Assembly (NCBI RefSeq): GCF_963921235.1
Contig: NC_086097.1
Span: 189,350,001 to 189,414,000 of the forward strand
Origin: Mobula hypostoma
Lineage: Eukaryota
Length of the DNA stretch: 64,000 bases
Direction: 5' to 3'
This document shows, in pieces, positions 37,678-49,374 of this stretch (within the stretch, counting starts at the first letter, position 1; each line of letters begins with the position of its first letter). The notes beneath the pieces were generated by a model. It did not search any database. It worked only from the letters and a program-made list of their open reading frames with translations, and was not told where the DNA came from. The position numbers and the translations under genes were made by a program.

Positions 37678-40615
37678 CTTGGGACAGGACTCGGTCCCTC
37701 TCTGTCCACTGCCTGATCTGGGTCGCCTTTACAGGTGTCTCTGACAGCCTTTCCAATGAAAACACAGTCTCTGGAGGCACATATGTAGCAACAGGTGTCT
37801 CAGGTAAAGGTAGTCGACTCAGTGCATCAGCATTTGCATTATTCCCACCCGCTCTGTACACTATAGTGTACCGGTAGGCTGACAATGTAAGAGCCCAACA
37901 CTGTATCCTGGCTGAGGCTAGCGGTGGGACGCATCTAGTCTCACTGAACAGGCTCATCAGTGGTTTATGGTCTGTATAAATTGTAAATACGCATCCATAA
38001 CGGTACTGATGAAAGTGTTTGACCGCAAAAACAATGGCCAGACCTTCTTTTCTCGCTGTGAATAACCCTTCTCAGCAGCTGTCCTGGTACGTGAAGCAAA
38101 ACCAATAGGCTTCTCTGAACAGTCCTCCATTACATGTGAGAGAACTGCCCGGACTCCATAGGGCGAGGCATCGCATGCCAGGGTGATCTCCTTGTCTGGG
38201 TCATAGTGAACAAGCAGCTTTGCTGAGTGGAGGAGTTCCTTCACTTCCTTGAAAGCTTTCTCCTGCTCTTCACCCCACTGCCACTTAGTGTCATTGTGAA
38301 GCATTTTATACAGTGGGGTCAAAACCTTTGAGAGGTCAGGAAGAAACTTGCCATAATAATTCACCATGCCCAAAAATGATCTGAGTTCCGTGACGGTCTT
38401 AGGGCTTGGGGTCTCCTTAATAGCTCTCACTTTGTCCTCCACAGGGTAAAGCCCGTCAGCTGTGATCTTGTGTTCCAGGTAAGTCACACTCAATGCCAGG
38501 AATACACATTTTCCGCGTTTCAACCACAGCCCTGTGTCTGAGAGCCTCTTCAGCACCCGTTCTAAATTAACGAGATGCTCCACCTCTGTAGCCCCCGTGA
38601 TCAAAATATCATCAAGGTACATTGCTATGTGCGGAATCCCCTGCAGTAAAGTGTCCATTGTTCTTTGGAAAATGGCAGGGCTGGACGCCACTCCAAACAC
38701 CAGGCAATTGTACTTGAATGATCCCTTGTGCGTATTCATTGTGACGTACTCCTCTGAATCCTCGTCGAGCAGCAGCTGTTGGTAGGCTTGGCTCATGTCC
38801 AGCTTTGTGAACAGCTTACCCCCTGACAGGGTCGCAAACAGGTCACCCACCCGTGGCAATGGGTACTCCTCCAGCTTAGCGATCTGATTCACCGTAAGCT
38901 TATAATCCCCACATATCCTCACCATTTTGTCTGCCTTCAAAACTGGAAGAATGGGAGCTGCCCACCTTGAAAACTGAACGGGCTCAATAATGCCCAGCCT
39001 CTGTAAACTTTCCAGCTCCTCCTCGACTTTGCCTGGGCTGAAAAAAACATGGTGTAGCCTCAGGGTCAACATGGAGTTTCACTGTCACGCCCTTCAGTGT
39101 GCCCAGCTCGTCCCTGAAAACGTCATTGTACTGCTGCAGAATGTCCTCCGCCGTGTGTGCATACTTAATTTCATGCCAGTTTAGCCGGATTTTGCGAAGC
39201 CAATCGCGACCCAAAAGACTGGGTCCCCTGCCCTTAGCTATCACTAGCCTGGCTTCAGCCTTCTGACCCTCGGCTGAAATGTCCACATATAACGCCCCTA
39301 AATGAGGTAAGGGCTGCCCTGTATAGGTCCTAAGTTTGAGCCTTAACAGTCTAATGGGAGGCAGGTTGTACCCCCATGTCCTCCTGTAGGTCTCCTCACT
39401 AATGACCGATGCAGTAAGCCCCTGAATCTCAAACTTAATGTCCTTTCCCCTGACAGTGACTGTGGCATAATATGGTTCAGGTGGTTCCTCATCTGTTTCC
39501 ACTGCAAACATGTTGTAGACACACGCTGCCTCTTCATCTGTTCTTCTAGATGGTGTGTGGTTGTCTAACCTTGTTGAGCTTTCCCCTGCCCGGGCTTAAT
39601 CTTACCATTTGAACTTCTGCACTTTTTAGCTAAATATCCCTTTTTGCTACAAGCATGGCAGACAGTGTCTTTGAATTTGCAATCATTTGCATAGTGTGTC
39701 CCTCCACACCAGAAACATTCTACCCGCTTTGCCTGTTTACCAGTCTCCCTGCTGACTTGGTGCACTGCCACCGATTGTGACCCCCCCATGTCCTTTCTGC
39801 ATATCCTTGACATTATTAGCAGCCATCTCCATGCCTTGGGCAATCTCTAAGGCTCTCTTGAAAGTCAATGGTGGGGTTTCCCCTAACAGACGGCGTTGTA
39901 TGCCGTCATTATTAATGCCGCATACCAATCTATCACGGAGCATGTCTTCCAACACTGCCCCGAAATCACAATGCTCTGACAGCTGCCAAAGGTTGGCCAC
40001 GAAATTGGCCACAGGCTGACCTGGCGTTCTGAAACAGCTGTGAAACTTACACCGTTGGACTATCACATAAGCTTTCCGATTGTAGCGGTTCCCCACGAGC
40101 TTGACCAGTTCCGTCATATGGAATGTCCCCCGGTTTCCACAGTGCGGCTAAATTCCTTATTAGCTTGTAAGTCTTTGTGCCACACACTCTCAGGAGAATA
40201 GAGTGCTTCTTAGCCTCCTCAGTAATTCCATTAGCACAGAAAAAGTGTCCCAACCTTTCCTCATACTCTGGCCAGTCCTCGTTTCCTTCCAGAAATTCAC
40301 CGATAGTTCCAAACGTAGCCATCTGAAACGCGAAGGTCCCGTTCGAAAAACGTGCCGCTATGTTCACAGTTCACCTTGTTGCCAAAAATATGTGGTAACT
40401 TCTACTTTGAGAAAGGCACACTCAACAACTTCATGCCAAAGAAACCACTTTATGTCGAACTTCAAAACCATTATGTATATATAGAGGCTTTAACAACCCT
40501 TACGGCATGGCAGGCACACTATATACGAAACACCGGAAGTAAAAAGAACAGAAGTAAAACCCTCCATTATCCTAATTAGTATTAACTTACTTTTAATAAT
40601 GCTCACATTACAACA
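37678..40615 (-). mobile_element. Gypsy LTR retrotransposon: 5' LTR, PBS, gag, protease, RT and RNase H; 3'-truncated and frameshifted
   Basis: LTR 40391-40615 (TGTTGTAA...TTACCACA on the minus strand); PBS-like TGGCAACAAGG; gag LRDRLVCGI and CCHC knuckle; LLGRDWL; YLDDILITG; ACDASPYG; NANADALSRLP. Confidence 0.93.
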
Positions 40616-42790
40616 CTATCTCTGATCAGCAGTGCCATGCCCTCACCTCTTTTGCCTCCCTCCCTGTCCTTTCTGAAACATCTGTCGCCTGGCACTCTAA
40701 GTAATGTGACGAAAGAGGGTTACGAAAGTACACATAGACTAAGATGTTAACTGTCCTGTGCTAGCACCAGTGGGATCAACAGTTGATCTGCCACCTGTCT
40801 TCAGGAGAGAGAGATAAGTAAGACAATGGAGCAGCATTTGGAAATGTTAATGAAGAGACGAGAGAGTTTAACAGAAGGAGACACCGGTCTGAGTATTGTC
40901 AAGACCGGCTCCTTTTGAACCCTGAACTGTTTGAAGTGTGATGGACAGGCGATACCCCAGCAGGGGGATAAAAAGGGGCAGGTTAGTTGAGACACCACAC
41001 ACGGCACCACGAGGTAACAAGACCCTGGAAGCGGTCCGCCCCCACAAGTCGATGGGAGTTTTGGAGGTCTGGTCGCGGGACCAGCCATAGACGCACAGGG
41101 TGGAAAGATACGGTCGGCGGGAACCTGGTGTGTGCGTCCACCCTTGCCTGGGTGTCGGGTTCACCGCAGAGGAACGATCGTGTCTGAAACGGAGGGGTCA
41201 CAGTCGGTGACCTCAGAAGACATTGCAAAGGGCTCGCCCGAAAGCTAACTGCGAGGAATATCAAAGGTCTGTTGAATCCGATTTGAATATCAGCATTCGC
41301 TCTCTCTCTCCCCAACGGCGATTACTGCGAACTGAACTAAACTGAACTCTGTCACTTGTGATTGAACATTTTACCCCTAGACTGCGATAGAGCTGATTGA
41401 CCCTATTATCCTAGTTCTGTGTACATGTGTGTTTATTCATTGCTAACCTGTTGCATTTATATCCTTTCTATTAGAGTACTGTGTTGCTTATTTCTTTAAT
41501 AAAACTTCCTTAGTTCCAGTAATCCAGACTCCAACTGAGTGGTCCATTTCTGCTGGTTTGGCAACCCAGTTACGAGGGTACGTAACAGTAACTATGCCTG
41601 CCCCTGAACCATCCAAATCTCTGTAATGGCCACAACATCATAGCTCCAAGTACTGATCTACACTCTAAGCTCAGTTGCTTTGTTCATAATGTTTCTTGCA
41701 TTGAAATGGGCACAGCTCAAACCATCAGTCTGAGCGCATCCCTTCTCTATCACCTGTCTATCCTCCCCTTTCCACTGCCTCCAAGCTTTCTCTATTTGTG
41801 AGCCAACAGCCCCTTCCTCTGTTTCTTCAGTTCGGTTCCCACCCCCCAGCAATTTGATTTTAAACTCTCCCCAATAGCCTTCGCAAACCTTCCTGCCAGG
41901 TTATTTGTCACCCTCAGATTCAAGTGCAACCCATCCTTTTTGTACAGGTCACGCCTGCCCCAAGAGAGGTCCCAATGATCCAGAAATCTGAATCCCTGCC
42001 CCATGCTCCAATCCCTTAACCACACATTTATCCTCCACCTCACTCTATTCCTATACTCACTGTTGCGTGGCACAGGCAGTAATCCTGAGATTACTACCTT
42101 TGAGGTCCTGCTTCTCAACTTCCTTCCTAACTCCCTGTAGTCTGTTTTCAGGACCTCTTCCCTTTTCCTACCTAAATCATTGGTACCAATATGTACCAGA
42201 ATCTTCCCACTTCAGGATGTTGTGGACGCAATCAGAAACATCCCAGACCCTGGCACCTGGGAGGCAAACTATCATCCGCGTTTCTTTCCTGTGTCCACAG
42301 AATCGCCAGTCTGACCTATAACTATAGAGTCCCCTATTACTGATTCCATCCTCTTCCTTTCCCTACCCTTCTGAGCCACGGGGCCAGACTCTGCGCCAGA
42401 GGCATGGCCACTGTTGCTTCCCCCAGGAAGGCCGCTCCCTCCCCCCCAACAGGAGTGCTTATTGTTAAGGGGGACAGCCACAGGGGTACTTCTCTAGTAT
42501 CTGCCTCTTGCCCTTCCTTGTCCTGACTGTTACCAATTATCTGTTTCCTGAGGCCCCAGTGTGACTACTTGCCTATAGCTCCTCTCTATCACCTCCTCAC
42601 TTTCCTTGACCAGACGAAGGTCATCGAAGTGCAGCTCCAGTTCCCTAACCCAGTCCCCAAGGAGCTGCAACTCGACACACCTGGCACAGATGTGGCCTTC
42701 CAGGAGGCTGGGAGTCTCCCGGACTTCCCACTTCTGACACCCAGATCAGAATACTGGCCTTACAGACATACTTCCTGTTTCTATTCTTCA
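40616..42790 (-). mobile_element. CR1 5' part (ORF1 esterase and start of endonuclease), interrupted by the solo LTR
   Basis: VIGDSIV, VVISGLLPVPR, KKDGLHLN and HFNARNIMNK. Confidence 0.88.
40705..41587 (+). mobile_element. Solo LTR (883 bp)
   Basis: TGTGACG...CGTAACA termini; 4-bp TSD GTAA at 40701-40704 and 41588-41591; GATAAAA TATA-like site near 40968; AATAAA near 41498. Confidence 0.9.
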
Positions 42791-43594
42791 TAGATAACCT
42801 ACCTGGCCTCAACTCATTATCACCAAAGCCCTCCTACTCTGTCTCCCAGCATTCACAGGCTGATAGTCATGTGAATTGTACTGGTTTCCTCTGTGTCTCT
42901 AAGATGTGCTGGTAGCTTAACTATTATTGCTAACCTTAGTATAGGTAAGTGGCAAAAACAATCAAAGAGAAGTAAGAGTTGAAATAGAAATAAAAAGAAC
43001 TGATGGAATTTAATCAAAAGACTGTTGAAATTGCTCTGCTGGGAATCAGCATGGAACACGTCTCCTTCTGCAATACATGAAACAAATTTTACTGATTTAT
43101 AACCCATTACTCAACTGATTTTAAATTCCATCTCTTCTTTCATGTCCTTTACTTTCTATCCTTGTATTGTTTCATATGGTTCTACAACTTCCTCCAGTCT
43201 TTTTTACCTTCCAAAATATCTGTATTCCACTAATTCTGATTTCTTTCCTCCAATTGCTTCATCCCTTCACTGTCTACACCCCAAGTTCTTGAATTCTCCT
43301 CTTAAACTTAAATTCTTTCCTTCTTAAAGATATTCCATACAACTTCTGACCAGGAATTTAAACAATTATTCTTTAAACTCCTTTCAGGGTTTAGTTGCAA
43401 ATTTTATGTGATAATGTTCCTGTTAAGCGCCTTAGTTGCTTCATGTTAAAGGTACGATTTAAATACAAATTGATGGAACAGTGAAGACTTGGAATTTGCA
43501 TTTGTTATGCTATTATTACCAAAAAGCAGTGCAAAACTGACTACATGGAATCATTTACTTAAGGGTTTGAGCTGTAGTTTATTAATTGTATTTT

Positions 43595-43870
43595 CAGTCA
43601 GACAGTAAAGAAACTAGCCCTTCAGTGCACCAAGTCAACATCAAATATTAAGCACCCACTTAAACACTAATCCAATTTTATTCTCCTCACACTCTCATCA
43701 ACTCCCAGACAGACATTCAGGGTAACTTATAGTTGTCTATTAACCAAGCAACCTGTGTAACTTTGTGATATGGTAGGAAAATCAAACACTTGAAGGAAAC
43801 ATATGCAGTCAAAGGGAGAACAAAAATTCCATGCAACCAGGAGTTAGGTGGTCACTGGAGAGGTGCAATG
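43595..43870 (-). mobile_element. Degenerate V-SINE/HE1-like SINE
   Basis: GGTAGGAAAATCAAACACTTGAAGGAAACATATGCAGTCAAAGGGAGAAC resembles the V-domain core in reverse. Confidence 0.55.
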
Positions 43871-44253
43871 AGTTTTTTTTTAATTATAATAACCATAAGT
43901 TATGTAAACTGATCTATTTCAAAAACAGTCATAAAACATTTATTATCTGACCATTTTGAACAGGAACCACTGTATTACAAAATCATTCCAATTGAAGGTG
44001 CCATCAGAGCTTAAAATATATGCTGATAATGGTTTTAGGCTGCGCTGAAATTAAACTACGTTCTGTAAGAAAGCAAGTTATGTGATAGAATATGTCAAAC
44101 ATCACTTCTTACCCAACTCTTTGTTCTCATCTGCTCTTGTATCAGGTCATTGGTTTGGTCGTTAAGTTACACACATAGCTACCTTTTATATTAATACTAA
44201 GCATTTCAGTATACATTGCAAATTTGAGAACAAATATTTAATGATTCAGTTAC

Positions 44254-44402
44254 CTGTTTGAAGTATGCACAGCCATGTCTTGAAAATTCTTTTTCTCATT
44301 AGTCTGGCTTTGTAATGTTTTCATATGGTCCATTAGTTGTTTCACAGTTTGCTCTGCCTTCCATCTTGTCTCACGCTCTTGATCCAACTCTTGAATAAGC
44401 AC
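44254..44402 (-). CDS. LRRCC1: LRRCC1 internal coding exon
   Basis: ttttttag|GTG acceptor and AG|gtaac donor; 149 nt, phase 0 to 2. Encodes VLIQELDQERETRWKAEQTVKQLMDHMKTLQ..., matching the recalled LRRCC1 motif LDQERExRWxAEQ. Confidence 0.92.
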
Positions 44403-44584
44403 CTAAAAAATAATTACACTGGATTTATATTGGAAAGGGTTAAATATACATGATTTGGTTCTACAGAATAAATTTGCACTGATATTGCATTTTTCACATC
44501 TAAGAGCACTCAGAAAGTTATAAATTATTTTATATAGGATATTACTAGATCTTAAACTACTTAGGATGTTATATGGATAGTTAA

Positions 44585-47500
44585 TAGAAACATAGAAAAT
44601 AGGTGCAGGAGTAGGCTATTCGGCCCTTCGAGCCTGCACCGCCATTTATTATGATCATGGCTGATCATCCAACTCAGAACCCTGCACCAGCCTTCCCTCC
44701 ATACCCCCTGATCCCCGTAGCCACAAGGGCCATATCTAACTCCCTCTTAAGTATAGCCAATGAACTGGCCTCAACTGTTTCCTGTGGCAGAGAATTCCAC
44801 AGATTCACCACTCTCTGTGTGAAGAAGTTTTTCCTAATCTCAGTCCTAAAAGGCTTCCCCCTTATCCTCAAACTGTGAGCCCTCGTTCTGGACTTCCCCA
44901 ACATCGGGAACAATCTTCCTGCATCAAGCCTGTCCAATCCCTTTAGGATTTTATACGTTTCAATCAGATCCCCCCTCAATCTTCTAAATTCCAACGAGTA
45001 CAAGCCTAGTTCATCCAGTCTTTCTTCATATGAAAGTCCTGCCATCCCAGGAATCAATCTGGTGAACCTTCTTTGTACTCCCTCTATGGCAAGGATGTCT
45101 TTCCTCAGATTAGGGGACCAAAACTGCACACAATACTCCAGGTGTGATCTCACCAAGGCCTTGTACAACTGCAGTAGTACCTCCCTGCTCCTGTACTCAA
45201 ATCCTTTCGCTATAAATGCCAGCATACCATTCGCCTTTTTCACCGCCTGCTGTACCTGCCTGCCCACTTTCAATGACTGGTGTATAATGACACCCAGGTG
45301 TTGTTGCACCTCCCCTTTTCCTAATCGGCCACCATTCAGATAATAATCTGTTTTCCTATTTTTGCCACCAAAGTGGATAACTTCACATTTATCCACATTA
45401 AATTGCATCTGTCATGAATTTGCCCACTCACCCAACCTATCCAAGTCACCCTGCATCCTCTTAGCATCCTCCTCACAGCTAACACTGCCGCCCAGCTTCG
45501 TGTCATCTGCAAACTTGGAGATGCTGCATTTAATTCCCTCATCCAAGTCATTAATATATATTGTAAACAACTGGGGTCCCAGCACTGAGCCTTGCGGTAC
45601 CCCACTAGTCACTGCCTGCCATTCTGGAAAGGTCCCATTTATTCCCACTCTTTGCTTCCTGTCTGCTAATCAATTCTCTATCCACATCAATACCTTACCC
45701 CCAATACCGTGTGCTTTAAGTTTGCACACTAATCTCCTGTGTGGGACCTTGTCAAAAGCCTTTTGAAAATCCAAATATACCACATCCATTGGTTCTCCCC
45801 TATCCACTCTACTAGTTACATCCTCAAAAAATTCTATGAGATTCGTCAGACATGATTTTCCTTTCACAAATCCATGCTGACTTTGTCCGATGATTTCACC
45901 GCTTTCCAAATGTGCTGTTATCACATCTTTGATAACTGACTCCAGCAGTTTCCCCACCACCGACGTTACGCTAACCGGTCTATAATTCCCCGGTTTCTTT
46001 CTCCCTCCTTTTTTAAAAAGTGGAGTTACATTAGCCACCCTCCAATCCTCAGGAACTAGTCCAGAATCTAACGAGTTTTGAAAAATTATCACTAATGCAT
46101 CCACTATTTCCTGGGCTACTTCCTTAAGCACTCTGGGATGCAGACCATCTGGCCCTGGGGATTTATCTGCCTTTAATCCCTTCAATTTACCTAACACCAC
46201 TTCCCTACTAACATGTATTTCGCTCAGTTCCTCCATCTCACTGGACCCTCTGTCCCCTACTATTTCTGGAAGATTATTTATGTCCTCCTTAGTGAAGACA
46301 GAACCAAAGTAATTATTCAATTGGTCTGCCACGTCCTTGCTCCCCATAATCAATTCACCTGTTTCTGTCTGTAGGGGACCTACATTTGTCTTTACCAGTC
46401 TTTTCCTTTTTACATATCTATAAAAGCTTTTACAGTCAGTTTTTATGTTCCCTGCCAGTTTTCTCTCATAATCTTTTTTCCCCTTCCTAATTAAGCCCTT
46501 TGTCCTCCTCTGCTGAACTCTGAATTTCTCCCAGTCCTCAGGTGAGCCACTTTTTCTGGCTAATTTGTATGCTTCTTCTTTGGAATTGATACTATCCCTA
46601 ATTTCTCTTGTCAGCCACGGGTGCACTACCTTCCTTGATTTATTCTTTTGCCAAACTGGGATGAACAATTGTTGTAGTTCATCCATGCAATCTTTAAATG
46701 CTTGCCATTGCATATCCACCGTCAATCTTTTAAGTGTCATTTGCCAGTCTATCTTAGCTAATTCACGTCTCATACCTTCAAAGTTACCCCTCTTTAAGTT
46801 CAGAACCTTTATTTCTGAATTAACTATGTCACTCTCCATCTTAATGAAGAATTCCTCCATATTATGATCACTCTTACCCAAGGGGCCTCTCACGACAAGA
46901 TTGCTAATTAACCCTCCTCATTGCTCAAAACCCAGTCTAGAATAGCCTGCTCTCTAGTTGGTTCCTCGACATGTTGGTTCAAAAAACCATCCCGCATACA
47001 TTCCAAGAAATCTTCTTCCTCAGCACCTTTACCAATTTGGTTCACCCAATCTACATGTAGATTGAAATCACCCATTATAACTGCTGTTCCTTTACTGCAC
47101 ACACTTCTAATTTCCTGTTTAATACCATCTCCGACCTCACTACTACTGTTAGGTGGCCTGTACACAACTCCCACCAGCGTTTTCTGCCCCTTAGTGTTAT
47201 GCAGCTCTACCCATATCGATTCCACATCTTCCCGGCTTATGTCCTTCCTTTCTATTGCGTTAATCTCATCTTTAACCAGCAACGCCACCCCACCTCCTTT
47301 TCTTTCATGTTCTTTCCTCCTGAATATTGAACATCCCTGAACGTTGAGCTCCCATCCTTGGTCACCCTGGAGCCATGTCTCTGTGATCCCAACTATATCA
47401 TAATCATTAATAACAATCTGCACTTTCAATTCATCCACCTTGTTACGAATGCTCCTTGCATTGACACACAAAGCCTTCAGGCGCTCTTTTACAACTCTCT

Positions 47501-48265
47501 TAGCCCTTATACAATTATGTTGAAAAGTGGCCCTTTTTGATGCTTGCCCTGGATTTGTCAGCCTGCCACTTTTACTTTTCTCCTTACTACTTTTTGCTTC
47601 TACCCTCACTTTACACCCCTCTGTCTCTCTGCACCGGTTCCCATCTCCCTGTTATGAACTAACCTCCTCTCGCCTAGCCTCTTTAATTTGATTCCCACCC
47701 CGCAACCATTCTAGTTTAAAGTCACCTCAGTAGCCCTCGCTAATCTCCCTGCCAGGATATTGGTCCCCCTAGGATTCAATTGTAACCCGTCCTTTTTGTA
47801 CAGGTCACGCCTGCGCCAAAAGAGGTCCCAATGATCCAAAAACTTGAATCCCTGCTTCCTGCTCCAATCCCTCAGCCACGCATTTATCCTCCACCTCATC
47901 GCATTCCTACTCTCACTGTTGCGTGGCACAGGCAGTAATCCCGAGATTACTACCTTTGCAGTCCTTTTTCTCAACTCCCTTCCTAGCTCCCTATATTCTC
48001 CCTTCAGGACCTCTTCCCTTTTCCTACCTATGTCATTGGTACCTATATGTACCACGACCTCTGGCTCCTCACCCTCCCACTTCAGGATATCTTGAACACG
48101 ATCAGAAATATCCCAGACCCTGGCACCAGGGAGGCAAACTACTATCCGGGTCTCTGGACTGCGTCCACAGAATCGCCTATCTGACCCCCTTACTATCGAG
48201 TCCCCTATCACAACTGCCCTCCTCTTCCTTTCCCTACCCTTCTGAGCTATAGGGCCGGACTCTGA
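44585..48265 (-). mobile_element. Young, nearly intact CR1 LINE (ORF1 esterase plus complete APE-RT ORF2)
   Basis: ORF2 spans 47609-44674 with one frameshift (near 46905) and two in-frame stops; TTTCTATG-type tail. Confidence 0.96.
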
Positions 48266-48755
48266 ATCAGTTTTGGTGGCATTTTGAAGATGTGGCATGG
48301 ATATGATCTACTTTTTCTTTAAATAACAGCATTTCTTTTCTAATCAACTTCTGTATGTGTTATTTTTGTGCAGGGAGAATGACCTTGATTTAATTTGTCA
48401 CTTGAAAAGCATGCTTACAGAAATTCCATAAAGTCCTCTAATTATGCCACAACCAAGATTACATTCCTGTACAGTGTAACTTGAATCTACACTTTAAAAC
48501 CAGAGATCCAAGTCCTACCATGGAGATATTTTAAAAGTATTGTATAGTTATCAGAGAACATTTCTGTATAAATGTGGAATATAATTTTCACATAAATATT
48601 TAAAATTGATAATTCAAGCAATCTAAAAGAGCCTACAATGGGATACTTTAACAGTACTGAATGCTGATATGTTTATTGACTCAACATCAGTCAAGCTATT
48701 CAAGATAATGTACATTTTGAGAACATACTGATTTAAAAACAAAATTAATATTTAC

Positions 48756-48954
48756 CCTGTATGTGGACTCCTCAGTTACATTTGTTTCCTTATGGTCTTG
48801 TAATTTATGTCGAGATTTTTGCACTGAAGCATTCCTGAGTGTGTTTCCTACTATTTGAAGTTCACCAGATTCCACTGGTGAATTGCTGGAAAAATCTTCA
48901 CTATTTGGTTGCTTTACAGAGGATTTTAATTTTTGCTTGTAAAGTTGTCCAACC
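48756..48954 (-). CDS. LRRCC1: LRRCC1 internal coding exon
   Basis: ttttgacccag|G acceptor and AGG|gtaaa donor; 199 nt, phase 2 to 0, no stops (VGQLYKQKLKSS...TEESTYR). Phases match both neighbouring exons. Absent from the ORF track. Confidence 0.8.
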
Positions 48955-49374
48955 CTGGGTCAAAAAGCAATTATTCGCATTACAATGTCTTAAAATGTTA
49001 TAACAGTAGAACATAGAGCACATTATTTGCAATAGCTCATAGAAGACCTTTGCATCCATATGACCTTTCTCCAGATACCGTTAAAATATTCTTTATAAAA
49101 CTGTAGTATTGCCTTTCCATCAGTTTGATGCTTTTATATTGATGTTAACTAATTTCTTATCATTAATGTCTTTTCTGCAAATAAAAAGTGTGGAGAAAGA
49201 TAATTAAAAGTATACATAACACTATGACAATATAACACCAGAAATTTTCATACCAGTGTTAACAAATTCATGAATAATTGGCTTACACATTAACCACAAG
49301 ACTGACAATGGAAGTGACACTTCCCTTGTTCACCCATTTTCACTTCATACAATCCTTTGCAATCAAGGAATTCT

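Noticed and set aside
37583..37957. Apparent Gypsy-PLE fusion ORF
   Set aside because: Chance read-through across a truncation junction in a frameshifted element.
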